A stretch of DNA of 64,000 bases from Candidatus Woesebacteria bacterium GW2011_GWF1_31_35 (lineage in GTDB: Bacteria > Patescibacteriota > Microgenomatia > UBA8517). Location of the stretch: contig CP011214.1 of assembly GCA_001029755.1 (NCBI GenBank), positions 493,767 through 557,766 on the forward strand, given 5' to 3'. Shown here one piece after another: positions 1 through 8,897 of the stretch. A program made the translations under genes and the position numbers. The notes under the pieces are model-generated. The model did not search any database and was not told the DNA's origin. It worked only from the letters and a program-made list of their open reading frames with translations. The stretch's first letter is position 1. Every line of letters starts with the position of its first letter.

Positions 1-2
1 GG

Positions 3-716
3 GATAACTATTATCCTTTTAGAAAAACATCAGAAGTTTTAAATAATGCAGATATTACTTTTGCAAATTTAGAAAACCCTATTGTTAAAAATTGTCCTGG
101 AACTATTGGAGGTTTTAAATTTTGTACAAATTATGAAATTGCTAATGGTTTAACTTTTGCAGGTATAGATATCGTATCTTTAGCTAACAATCACTCTGGA
201 AATTATGGTTTAGAAGGATTAACTGAAACTAAAAAGTTTCTAAGTGATAATAATATTTCATATGTTGGGGATAGTAATTTAGCAATAAAAGAAGTTAATG
301 GAACTAAGTTTGGATTTTTAGGATTTGACTATACTTTGAAAAATAATTTAGATAATGATTTGAAATTAATTAAAGATTCAAAAGGAAAGGTAGATGTATT
401 AATAATTGGAGTTCATTGGGGTGATGAGTATAAAGACGAAGCAAATAGTTTACAAAGAACAATTGCTAAAAAAATGATAGAAGCAGGAGTTGATGTAATT
501 ATTGGAGGTCATCCTCATTGGATAGAGGATTATGAAGAAATAAATGGAAAATCTGTTTATTATTCACTAGGAAACTTCATCTTTGATCAGATGTGGAGTG
601 AGGAAACAAAAAAAGGTTTAGTTGTAAAATTGACTTTTGATAGGACTAATCTAGTCAAAAAAGAGGAATTTAATACCTATATAAAATCAATAGGACAACC
701 TGAAATAGTTGATTAA
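3..716 (+). CDS. CapA/poly-gamma-glutamate synthesis family metallophosphatase (5' end outside window)
   Basis: Frame open from base 3 (DNYYPF...); motifs ANLE, SLANNH, HWGDEY, GGHPH, YSLGNFIFDQ. Confidence 0.85.
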   Translation, partial: DNYYPFRKTSEVLNNADITFANLENPIVKNCPGTIGGFKFCTNYEIANGLTFAGIDIVSLANNHSGNYGLEGLTETKKFLSDNNISYVGDSNLAIKEVNGTKFGFLGFDYTLKNNLDNDLKLIKDSKGKVDVLIIGVHWGDEYKDEANSLQRTIAKKMIEAGVDVIIGGHPHWIEDYEEINGKSVYYSLGNFIFDQMWSEETKKGLVVKLTFDRTNLVKKEEFNTYIKSIGQPEIVD

Positions 717-736
717 AAAAACTTCAATTATATTAG

Positions 737-819
737 TGCCAAGGCTAGGATTCGAACCTAGGTAGCCTTACGGCAATTGCTCTACAGGCAATCGTGTTTG
801 ACCGCTCCACAACCTTGGC
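737..819 (-). tRNA. tRNA-Tyr(GTA)
   Basis: Minus-strand cloverleaf: acceptor GCCAAGG/CCTTGGC, anticodon loop CTGTAGA, long variable arm, GGTTCGAATCC; CCA not encoded. Confidence 0.93.
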
Positions 820-843
820 AAAAACAAACTAAATATTAATTTG

Positions 844-914
844 AGCCTTCCCTGGGAATCGGACCCGGGTCGACGGTTTACAAAACCGTTGCTCTACCAC
901 TGAGCTAGGAAGGC
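844..914 (-). tRNA. tRNA-Thr(TGT)
   Basis: Acceptor GCCTTCC/GGAAGGC, D arm TAGCTCAGTGGTAGAGC, anticodon loop TTTGTAA; atypical T loop TCCGATT. Confidence 0.88.
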
Positions 915-922
915 ATATTGGA

Positions 923-931
923 ATTATATCA
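923..931 (-). promoter_or_regulatory. Extended -10 promoter for tRNA-Thr/Tyr
   Basis: TGATATAAT on minus strand 8 nt upstream of tRNA-Thr. Confidence 0.65.
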
Positions 932-938
932 GAAAAAC

Positions 939-1084
939 GGTCCTGCGGAAAAAGGATCTCGGTGAACTTCCTGGATAATTCCAGGTGGGTGGACTACCAA
1001 TTACTCCTAAGAGTAATTGAACGCGTCCTCCCGATTCAACGATTTAGTCAGGAAGATCTGACCTCAACCCTTATCAACAGGACC
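939..1084 (-). ncRNA. Structured rod-shaped RNA, candidate 6S RNA
   Basis: Closing helix GGTCCTG/CAGGACC, helix CTTCCTG/CAGGAAG, central bubble, helix GGGAGGAC/GTCCACCC, apical hairpin CAATTACTC-TTAG-GAGTAATTG; own extended -10 promoter. Confidence 0.6.
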
Positions 1085-1090
1085 ATGTAT

Positions 1091-1099
1091 ATTATATCA
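1091..1099 (-). promoter_or_regulatory. Extended -10 promoter of the 6S-like RNA
   Basis: TGATATAAT, 6 nt before the first G of the closing helix (1084). Confidence 0.7.
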
Positions 1100-1112
1100 G
1101 CTGGGGTCAATG

Positions 1113-1742
1113 TCAAACCAGTGGCAACTGTGGGAGTAAGATTTTAAAAAAAAGATTTATTACAGGAGAGATTAGATTAGATATAAAAGATGATCCTCCA
1201 AATGAAGGAAGGATTAGAAGAAATAATATTATTATTCCAAACCTATTTAAAAAAGATTCAACTTCATATGCATATTTTTTAGGTAGGATTCCAATTAAAA
1301 CTTTTCCTCCGTCTAGGGGATGGATTGGAATTAAGTTAAAAATAGCGAGTGATACATTTAATATTACAAATGGAACAACAAAATTAACTAATAATGGAAA
1401 AAATCTTGCAATTAAAGATACTAACAATGCTAAAGTAAGGTTAGAAAGTGGTCCAGCAAGAGAAACAATTGCTGAATCTTTCCTTGGGTTTTTAAAATTA
1501 TAAGGGTCCACTGGAACAGGCTTTGCCCAACCAAATGGAATAACAGGAGCTCCCAGAGCTCTCATTATTGCAAGACCTAATAGAAGGGTAGTTCCTACTG
1601 GATCATAGTGAACCAGAGGGTTTAAAGAAAGTCTTCCTGAAAGTCTTGCTGTTGGATCCCCAAGTCTGTCAGCCATCCATGCATGAGATGCTTCATGAAT
1701 TGTAATTGCTACGACGAAAGCTAGTATCCAAATTATTATCAT
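1113..1742 (-). CDS. Site-2 protease (M50) family zinc metalloprotease
   Basis: HEASH and NLIPIHPLDGG motifs, several TM segments. Confidence 0.9.
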   Translation of the reverse strand: MIIIWILAFVVAITIHEASHAWMADRLGDPTARLSGRLSLNPLVHYDPVGTTLLLGLAIMRALGAPVIPFGWAKPVPVDPYNFKNPRKDSAIVSLAGPLSNLTLALLVSLIARFFPLLVNFVVPFVILNVSLAIFNLIPIHPLDGGKVLIGILPKKYAYEVESFLNRFGIIILFLLILPSFGGSSFISNLISPVINLFFKILLPQLPLV

Positions 1743-1786
1743 GTTGATGAATATTTACTAAGATAGTATAATGCTTCCTTAGCTTT

Positions 1787-1984
1787 ATGTCATATTCTTG
1801 TGAGAATTGCTTTAAGAAAACTAGTTTTGGGTCTTCACAAACCCATGGACGTGGTGTTGCTGGAAAAAGATGGAAGAAAAGAGCACAGGAAACAAAAAGA
1901 ACTTTTAAACCCAATCTTCAGATGTATCATGGCATGAAGCTTTGTGCTACATGTATTAAAAAACTTAAAAATACTAAATCTTAA
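1787..1984 (+). CDS. rpmB: 50S ribosomal protein L28
   Basis: CENC...TKRTFKPNLQ...CATCIK zinc-binding L28 pattern. Confidence 0.9.
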   Translation: MSYSCENCFKKTSFGSSQTHGRGVAGKRWKKRAQETKRTFKPNLQMYHGMKLCATCIKKLKNTKS

Positions 1985-1987
1985 AAT

Positions 1988-2809
1988 TTAAAAAGTAAAA
2001 TCTTTAGAATATGCGCTTTTAAATTGATTCCAAGAAACAGGACCCTTTCCTTCAAGCTGCACTTCATCTAAAATCAAATTTTTCTCTTCCATGTGACAGC
2101 TTAATATTTTTAATCTTTTACCATTTGAAAGTTTTGTCCAAATTCCTGGCCATGGAAAGTATGCTTTTGACTTTCTCATAATTTTTTCTGGATCATCTTT
2201 TTTAAGATCAATAAATCCATCATCCTTTTTTATAAGTTTTGTATATGTAGCAAGACTTTCATCTTGTTTTTTTAAAGTAATTTTTTCTTTTTCATATGCA
2301 GGGAGAAGTTCTAGCAAAGAGTCACTTGATCTTTCAAAAAGTCTTTGTCTTACTGAATTTAGTGTGTCATCTGGGAGTAGCTCATCTTTAAATTGAGTAA
2401 CAATTGGACCATGATCCATTTTGCTATCAAGTTTAATTATTGTTACCCCGATTTTTTCTGGTTCTTCAATTATATTTTCTTGTATTGGGGAAGCGCCTCT
2501 AAATTTAGGTAAAAGAGAAGGATGAATATTTAAAATTCCAAATTTGAAACTATTTAAGGTAGATTCAGGAATAATTTTTCCATAGGCTACCAAAATTCCA
2601 AGATCAGCCTTAGGAAGTTTTTCAAAATTAAAATGTATTGGAATATGCTTTTTGTGAGCCCAGTTATCAACTGCAGAATATGTTAATATTTTTTCTCTAC
2701 CAACAGGTTTTGGAGATTGGGTTACAACTGCGACAATTTCATAATATTTATATATTTTTTCTAAAACTGGTAAACAATAATCAGGTGTTCCAAAAAATAT
2801 AATTTTCAT
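1988..2809 (-). CDS. fmt: Methionyl-tRNA formyltransferase
   Basis: IIFFGTPD, LNIHPSLLPKFRGASPI, MDHGPI. Confidence 0.95.
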   Translation of the reverse strand: MKIIFFGTPDYCLPVLEKIYKYYEIVAVVTQSPKPVGREKILTYSAVDNWAHKKHIPIHFNFEKLPKADLGILVAYGKIIPESTLNSFKFGILNIHPSLLPKFRGASPIQENIIEEPEKIGVTIIKLDSKMDHGPIVTQFKDELLPDDTLNSVRQRLFERSSDSLLELLPAYEKEKITLKKQDESLATYTKLIKKDDGFIDLKKDDPEKIMRKSKAYFPWPGIWTKLSNGKRLKILSCHMEEKNLILDEVQLEGKGPVSWNQFKSAYSKDFTF

Positions 2810-2813
2810 TTTT

Positions 2814-3359
2814 TTAAATTTCTACTTCTTCCCATTCATCAGTTTCAGAGAGTTTAAAAAGTTTTTTATTTTGTTCCAAAAGATGATCTATAAATAAAAT
2901 TCCATTTAAATGATCAATTTCATGCAAAATTATTTGAGCATTAAAACCTTTAAATTCTTCAACAACTTCACATCCATCCTCATTTAAGTATTTGATTTTT
3001 ACCAGCCCTTCTCTTTTTAAAGGTCCGTAATAATAGGGAAGTGAAAGACATCCTTCTAATATTTCAGGTTTTTTAGATTGTTTTTTGATATCATCTTTAG
3101 AAACACTAAGTCTTGGCTCAATTTTTATTATTTCAGGATTAATTACTACCCTTTTTAAGTTTTTATATCCTACTACAAAAATTCTTAAATTCTTTCCAAT
3201 TTGTGGTGCAGCCAGACCAACTCCTTCAGGATCAATTTGAACTGATAGAGTATCTTTTAAATCTTTAATTATTGCTTTTATTTTTTTATCAATTTGGGTG
3301 ACAGGCTTACAAGTAAGTCTTAACAAAGGATCTCCAGACTGGACTATTTTTTGTATCAT
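2814..3359 (-). CDS. def: Peptide deformylase
   Basis: GVGLAAPQIG, EGCLS, HEIDHLNG. Confidence 0.97.
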   Translation of the reverse strand: MIQKIVQSGDPLLRLTCKPVTQIDKKIKAIIKDLKDTLSVQIDPEGVGLAAPQIGKNLRIFVVGYKNLKRVVINPEIIKIEPRLSVSKDDIKKQSKKPEILEGCLSLPYYYGPLKREGLVKIKYLNEDGCEVVEEFKGFNAQIILHEIDHLNGILFIDHLLEQNKKLFKLSETDEWEEVEI

Positions 3360-3365
3360 TAGAAG

Positions 3366-5384
3366 CTAATTATACATTTTTTTTGTCGCTTCGTCGTCTG
3401 GAGCAATTTTTTCTAAAATATATTTAAAATTTTCGTTAGCTTTACTAGTTTCTCCAATATCTTTATAGAGAGATCCTAATACAAACCTTGCATCTCTATA
3501 GTTAGGTTTAATCTGAACTGCTTTTTCAAAATTTAAAATTGCATCTTCTAGTTTATTTAGTTTTATTTCCAAAAGTCCCAATTGATAGTAAAGTTTGGGA
3601 TCATTTGGAGAAATTATAATTGCCAATTTAACTGTATCTTCTGCATTAGTAAGATAGTTACTATTAAAACTTGTAAGTTTGATATAAATTGTTGATTGAG
3701 TTTTTCTAAGATTTACATTATTTTTAGTTAAATTAACAGCCTTTTCTGATTCATAGGTTGCAAGTTTTGCAAATTCCAAACCTTTGTCATTTTCATTATT
3801 ATTCGCAAGTAAAACCGCTATATCAGAATTAGATATTGCAGATTCATTCCAAAAAATTGCTTCTTTAGGAGAAATTTTCAAAGCCTTGGTAATTTCTTCT
3901 CTTGCTTTAACTGGATTATCTGACCTATTAAAAAGACGAGCTTTGTTGTAATAAATATCTGCTATAAAATAGCGTGAAATTTCATATAAAAATATAATGG
4001 CAATAATTGTTGAAATTAAAATATAAATTTTTTGTTTATTATCTAAATTATTTAATATTAGTTTTTCTTTCTTTTCGCCCTCTAATTTATTGGTTAAAGT
4101 TATTGCTGGAAGTAAGAAGAAAAGGAGAGATGTGGAAACTACAGAAAAGCCAAAAAAATTAGTTATTAGAATGCTTAGAAATCCGGCCAAAAGGGAAATA
4201 CCAAACGTACTTTTGTTTTGAAAAAGTTGATAAACAATAAATCCAATTAAAGTTAGATAACTAATAAATCCCAACGTTCCTGTTGTTGCTAGATAATTTA
4301 AATATTCATTGTGTGCCTTGTTATATATAAAATCCCACTCAGTAGTTAAATTATGTTCAAGTGGTTTAAACATAGGGTAAGCAAAGGCAAATGTTTCAGG
4401 ACCTGTGCCTAAAATTGGATAATTTGTCCAAATTTTAACCGCTCCTTGCCAAACAATTTTACGTATTGTTCCTGACTCAGTTCCACCACTTTCTAAAGCG
4501 GGGCCTGTAGAAGTATTTTCAGTTTTAGATTTTTTAAATTCACTAAATTTAAAAATTGAAGAATTCCAAGGCGTTCCAATTATTGAAATTAGTATTACAA
4601 ATATTATATTAAAAATAACTAATTTTTTAATAAATTCTTTTTTAAATTTAAATAAAATTAATCCACAAAAAATTAAGTCAGCAATAGCAAAACCTAGTAA
4701 TCCAGAACGAGATTTAGTAAAGAGTAATGTGACAAAAAGAATAATTGATAAAAAGTAAAAGAAAAATAGTTTATTTACTTTTATATTGTCTCCCTTTTTG
4801 ATTAAGGTAAATCCAAAAAGAATTGGAATAAGAGTAACAATAGTTGCTGCTAACCAATTAGGTTGCCCAAAAGTTGAATAAACTCTATTTTGTACATCTT
4901 GCACCCAACATGAATTATTCCAACCAACCCCCATTAATCCACAGGTTGTGCTAAATCCAAAATGTTCTAAAATTGCTAAAAATGAAGCTATTCCTGTTGA
5001 AATTAAAAAAAATATAATTGATTTTTTAGTCATTTCTCCATCCATATTGGATACATAGCCCCAGTAAAGTAGAACATAACTAACAATAGAAAATAATCCT
5101 CCATTAAAACGGGAATAATATCCAAAAATAGAAGTTCTAAAATCTAGTGAAAAAATACTGCTTAGTACTAAAATAACTAAGAAAATGATTAGTGGCCAAT
5201 CTAATATTGTACGACGAAAGATAATTTTTTTGGCTACTATAGATTTTACTGCCCAAACTGTTGTTATTAGAATTGTAAAAATATAAAGGGTTATAATCTT
5301 GTTAAATTCAAATAGTTCAGAAGTTGTTTTAAAAAATATTAAAGGAATTAAAAAAAGTAAAATGTTAAAAAGAATTGATATCAT
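3366..5384 (-). CDS. O-antigen ligase (Wzy_C)-like membrane protein with C-terminal TPRs
   Basis: Many TM helices, STFGQPNWLA, TKSRSG, AHNEYL, then TPR-like helices; likely start ATG 5384. Confidence 0.8.
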   Translation of the reverse strand: MISILFNILLFLIPLIFFKTTSELFEFNKIITLYIFTILITTVWAVKSIVAKKIIFRRTILDWPLIIFLVILVLSSIFSLDFRTSIFGYYSRFNGGLFSIVSYVLLYWGYVSNMDGEMTKKSIIFFLISTGIASFLAILEHFGFSTTCGLMGVGWNNSCWVQDVQNRVYSTFGQPNWLAATIVTLIPILFGFTLIKKGDNIKVNKLFFFYFLSIILFVTLLFTKSRSGLLGFAIADLIFCGLILFKFKKEFIKKLVIFNIIFVILISIIGTPWNSSIFKFSEFKKSKTENTSTGPALESGGTESGTIRKIVWQGAVKIWTNYPILGTGPETFAFAYPMFKPLEHNLTTEWDFIYNKAHNEYLNYLATTGTLGFISYLTLIGFIVYQLFQNKSTFGISLLAGFLSILITNFFGFSVVSTSLLFFLLPAITLTNKLEGEKKEKLILNNLDNKQKIYILISTIIAIIFLYEISRYFIADIYYNKARLFNRSDNPVKAREEITKALKISPKEAIFWNESAISNSDIAVLLANNNENDKGLEFAKLATYESEKAVNLTKNNVNLRKTQSTIYIKLTSFNSNYLTNAEDTVKLAIIISPNDPKLYYQLGLLEIKLNKLEDAILNFEKAVQIKPNYRDARFVLGSLYKDIGETSKANENFKYILEKIAPDDEATKKMYN

Positions 5385-5432
5385 TAGTACTTGATTAGTA
5401 TAGCTTATACTGCTATACAAAAAAAGCATAAA

Positions 5433-6533
5433 ATGAATTTTAAAAGGATCAAATTTATTCGAATTAAAAATTCTGTTAAAAGGTTTAATCCATTAAACTT
5501 TATCTTGGGTTTTTTCTCATCTGATTTAGGGATTGATCTTGGGACTTCAAATACTTTAGTTTATATAAAAAATAAAGGTGTTGTAATTAGAGAACCGTCA
5601 GCTGTTGCAAGGCACAAAAAAACCAAAGAAATTTTAGCAATTGGCCTTTCGGCTAAAAAAATGTTGGGAAGAGCTCCTTCTACAATTGAGGTTATTCGAC
5701 CATTAAAAAACGGTGTTATCGCTGATTTTGATGCAGCTTCCTCAATTTTGACCTATTATATTAAAAAAGTACATGAAACAGGTGGAACAATTCCAAAAAT
5801 TCCAAGACCACATGTTGTAGTTGGAATTCCATCTGGAGTTACTGAAGTCGAAAGAAGGGCTGTAGCTGATGCCGTTCGTGATTCGGGGGCAAGAAGAGTA
5901 GATTTAGTAGAAGAACCTATGGCTGCAGCAATAGGAGCTGGCTTACCAGTAGAATCACCTGAAGGATGTTTTATTGTTGATATTGGAGGAGGTACATCAG
6001 AAATTGCAGTAATTTCTTTGGGTGGAATTGTTTTAGGAAGATCATTAAGGGTTGCAGGAGATGAAATGGATGAAGCGATTGTAAATTATGTTAAGTTAAA
6101 ATATTCACTTTTATTAGGTCAGCCATCTGCAGAAGCTGTAAAAATTGCAATTGCATCGGCCGTTAATTTTGAAAAACCAAAAAATTATGTAGTAAGAGGA
6201 AGAGATTTAGAAACAGGACTTCCTAGATCTGTCAAATTGACTGATGATGAGATAAGAGAGGCGTTAGGCTCTACTATTCAAGAAATAATTGCTGGAATTT
6301 CAGATACATTAGAGGAAACTCCTCCAGAACTTATTTCAGATATTATGGAACGAGGAATATATTTAGCGGGTGGAGGATCTTTAATCTATGGAATTGATAA
6401 GGCAATTTCAGAAGCTACCAAAATGCCAGTATTTTTAGCAGAGGATCCTTTAACTTGTGTTGCTAGAGGTTGTGGAAAACTTTTGGAAAATCCCCTAATG
6501 CTTAATAGGCTTAAAATTACAAAAGGGTTGTAG
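5433..6533 (+). CDS. mreB: Rod shape-determining protein MreB
   Basis: GIDLGTSNT, EEPMAAAIGAG, VDIGGGTSE, LAGGGS; start probably ATG 5433 or later. Confidence 0.95.
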   Translation: MNFKRIKFIRIKNSVKRFNPLNFILGFFSSDLGIDLGTSNTLVYIKNKGVVIREPSAVARHKKTKEILAIGLSAKKMLGRAPSTIEVIRPLKNGVIADFDAASSILTYYIKKVHETGGTIPKIPRPHVVVGIPSGVTEVERRAVADAVRDSGARRVDLVEEPMAAAIGAGLPVESPEGCFIVDIGGGTSEIAVISLGGIVLGRSLRVAGDEMDEAIVNYVKLKYSLLLGQPSAEAVKIAIASAVNFEKPKNYVVRGRDLETGLPRSVKLTDDEIREALGSTIQEIIAGISDTLEETPPELISDIMERGIYLAGGGSLIYGIDKAISEATKMPVFLAEDPLTCVARGCGKLLENPLMLNRLKITKGL

Positions 6534-6547
6534 TGAAATAATATTAT

Positions 6548-6808
6548 TTAAGACTTTTTTAATTGATCTGAAATCGTCATAAGTGTATAAAATATTTCAC
6601 GAGATATAGGATCAGATTTGGTTCGAGTTAAATTAGTTACTTCTCCTGGACGAACCTTTAGTATTTTTGAAACACGATTACATAGACTGAGATTTTCAGC
6701 TAACTTACATCTATCAACATCAAATTTCATTGATTTTCCTTCAATATTTGTGATTATTTCGACCATTTTCTTAAGTATTAATATACTCCTTTTAATTTTA
6801 AAAATCAA
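6548..6808 (-). CDS. Small hypothetical protein antisense between mreB and PBP2
   Basis: ORF fills the intergenic gap; no recognisable motif. Confidence 0.45.
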   Translation of the reverse strand: MIFKIKRSILILKKMVEIITNIEGKSMKFDVDRCKLAENLSLCNRVSKILKVRPGEVTNLTRTKSDPISREIFYTLMTISDQLKKS

Positions 6809-6837
6809 ACCATATATTTTTTTGATATCATTGATTT

Positions 6838-8322
6838 ATGCAAACACTTTCTAACAAGAAAAATGACAGCTGGCTTAGTTGGTTTTTGAGAGGGGTTTTG
6901 ATTTTGGGAAGCTTGGTTTTAATTGCAAGACTTTTTGAACTTCAGATAATTAAAGGAAATTATTACAGAAATTTATCAGAAGGAAATAGAATTACAAGGG
7001 TGAAAATTGTAGCAACAAGAGGGAAAATTTTAGCAAGAGGTGGGGAAATTTTAGAAGGTTCTGATTTTTCTCATTTGACTGGATATTTAGCTGAAACTAA
7101 TGAAGATGAAGTAGGTAAAATTGATCCAGCTTGTATTGAAAAAGGTCCAAAAAAATTAGGTCAATTGGTGGGTCGTGGTGGTTTACAAGAATATTATAAT
7201 TGTAGTTTAAGTGGTGTCGATGGAGAAGAATTAATTGAGGTTGATAGTTTGGGAGTAAAATTAAGATCTTTAGGAATTAGAGAACCTATTGCTGGGCTAG
7301 ATTTAAAAACAAATATTGATTTTGGTCTTCAAAAAGAAATTGCAAAAGATTTTGATGGAAACCCAGGAGCAGTAGTTGCAACTGATAAGAATGGAGAAGT
7401 GTTGGCACTCTTTTCTTCCCCATCATTTGATCCTAGTGATGTCGCTAAAAGTTTAAATGATTCTAAATTACCACTTTTTAATAGAAGTATTGGTGGACTT
7501 TTCCATCCTGGTTCTATATTTAAACCTTTAGTTGCAATTGTAGCTTTAGAAGAAGGAGAAATTGACAAAAATTATAAATTTAATGATACAGGTGTAATTA
7601 CTGTTAATACTTTATATGGTAATTATTCTTACTCTAATTGGTATTTTACTCAATATGGTGGAAAAGAAGGAGAAATTGACTTAACAAAAGCACTAGCTCG
7701 ATCAACTGATACTTTTTTCTATACAATTGGAGAATTAACAGGAATTGATAATTTAGTTGAATGGATGAAAAAATTTGGACTTACCAAATTAACTGATATT
7801 GATATTCCTGGAGAAATTTTATCTTTGATTCCTTCACCTGATTGGAAATTAAAAGTAAAAAATGAAAAATGGTTTTTAGGAAATACTTATCATTTTTCAA
7901 TAGGTCAAGGGGATTTGGCTCTAACTCCTGTGGGGATTCATAGGGCAAATTTGGTAGTAACTTCAGGAGGCAAACTCTGTTCATTAAAAATTGTAGGAAA
8001 CACCGTTTGTCAGAAATTAAAAATAAAGATAGATAATATAAATTTAATTAAAAGTGGAATGAAAAAAGCTTGTAGTACAGGTGGGACAGGATATACATTT
8101 TTCGACTTTCAGGAAAAATATGAAGGTATTGATGTTGCTTGTAAAACTGGAACTGCTGAAACAAATGATGATGGTAAAACCCACGCTTGGTTTACAGCCT
8201 TTGCTCCAGTTGATAATCCCGAAATAATGTTAACAGTAATGGTTGAAGGAGGGGGAGAAGGAAGCAAGGTAGCAGGACCAATTGCACGAAAGATAATTGA
8301 TTATTATTTTGTCAATAAATAA
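6838..8322 (+). CDS. mrdA: Penicillin-binding protein 2 (class B transpeptidase)
   Basis: N-terminal TM, PGSIFKP (SxxK), STD (SxN variant), KTGTAE. Confidence 0.88.
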   Translation: MQTLSNKKNDSWLSWFLRGVLILGSLVLIARLFELQIIKGNYYRNLSEGNRITRVKIVATRGKILARGGEILEGSDFSHLTGYLAETNEDEVGKIDPACIEKGPKKLGQLVGRGGLQEYYNCSLSGVDGEELIEVDSLGVKLRSLGIREPIAGLDLKTNIDFGLQKEIAKDFDGNPGAVVATDKNGEVLALFSSPSFDPSDVAKSLNDSKLPLFNRSIGGLFHPGSIFKPLVAIVALEEGEIDKNYKFNDTGVITVNTLYGNYSYSNWYFTQYGGKEGEIDLTKALARSTDTFFYTIGELTGIDNLVEWMKKFGLTKLTDIDIPGEILSLIPSPDWKLKVKNEKWFLGNTYHFSIGQGDLALTPVGIHRANLVVTSGGKLCSLKIVGNTVCQKLKIKIDNINLIKSGMKKACSTGGTGYTFFDFQEKYEGIDVACKTGTAETNDDGKTHAWFTAFAPVDNPEIMLTVMVEGGGEGSKVAGPIARKIIDYYFVNK

Positions 8323-8324
8323 AA

Positions 8325-8897
8325 ATGGAAGATTTATTTGTATTGGGAAAATTATTACCAACTGATAAAAGAGCCGTTGCTGTTGTCGGATCAAGAAAAA
8401 TGACCCCAAGGGGAATGGAATTAACTAAAAAATATGTTAAGGAATTAGTTAAGGAAAAAATAACTATAGTTTCAGGATTGGCCAGGGGAATTGATACAAT
8501 AGCACATATTACTGCATTGGAAAATGGAGGCAGAACTATAGCGGTTTTGGGATCAGGTTTAGATATTATTTATCCTCCAGAAAATAAAGAGTTGGCTGAA
8601 AGAATAACTAAATCTGGATGTTTAATTTCAGGATTTCCATACGATACTAAACCTGAAGGGAAAAACTTTTTAGCAAGAAACAGAATTATTGTAAAACTAT
8701 CTCTTGCAGTTTTGGTTATTGAAGGACTTCGAAGAAGTGGTACATTATCAACCGCCAGCCATGCTGGTAATGATGGAGTTGAAGTATTTGCAATTCCTGG
8801 TTCTGAAGCTTGTGACTACCTAATTGATAATGGAGCGACTGTTGCTAATAGTCCTAAAGATGTAATAAAGTATTTAAAACAAATAGAAAGTATTTAA
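8325..8897 (+). CDS. dprA: DNA processing protein DprA (Rossmann domain only)
   Basis: VAVVGSR, IVSGLARGID, ARNRII; upstream of topA. Confidence 0.92.
   Translation: MEDLFVLGKLLPTDKRAVAVVGSRKMTPRGMELTKKYVKELVKEKITIVSGLARGIDTIAHITALENGGRTIAVLGSGLDIIYPPENKELAERITKSGCLISGFPYDTKPEGKNFLARNRIIVKLSLAVLVIEGLRRSGTLSTASHAGNDGVEVFAIPGSEACDYLIDNGATVANSPKDVIKYLKQIESI

Noticed and set aside
962-1147. 61-aa ORF on + strand
   Set aside because: Overlaps the structured RNA candidate and its promoter; GTG start and no protein features.
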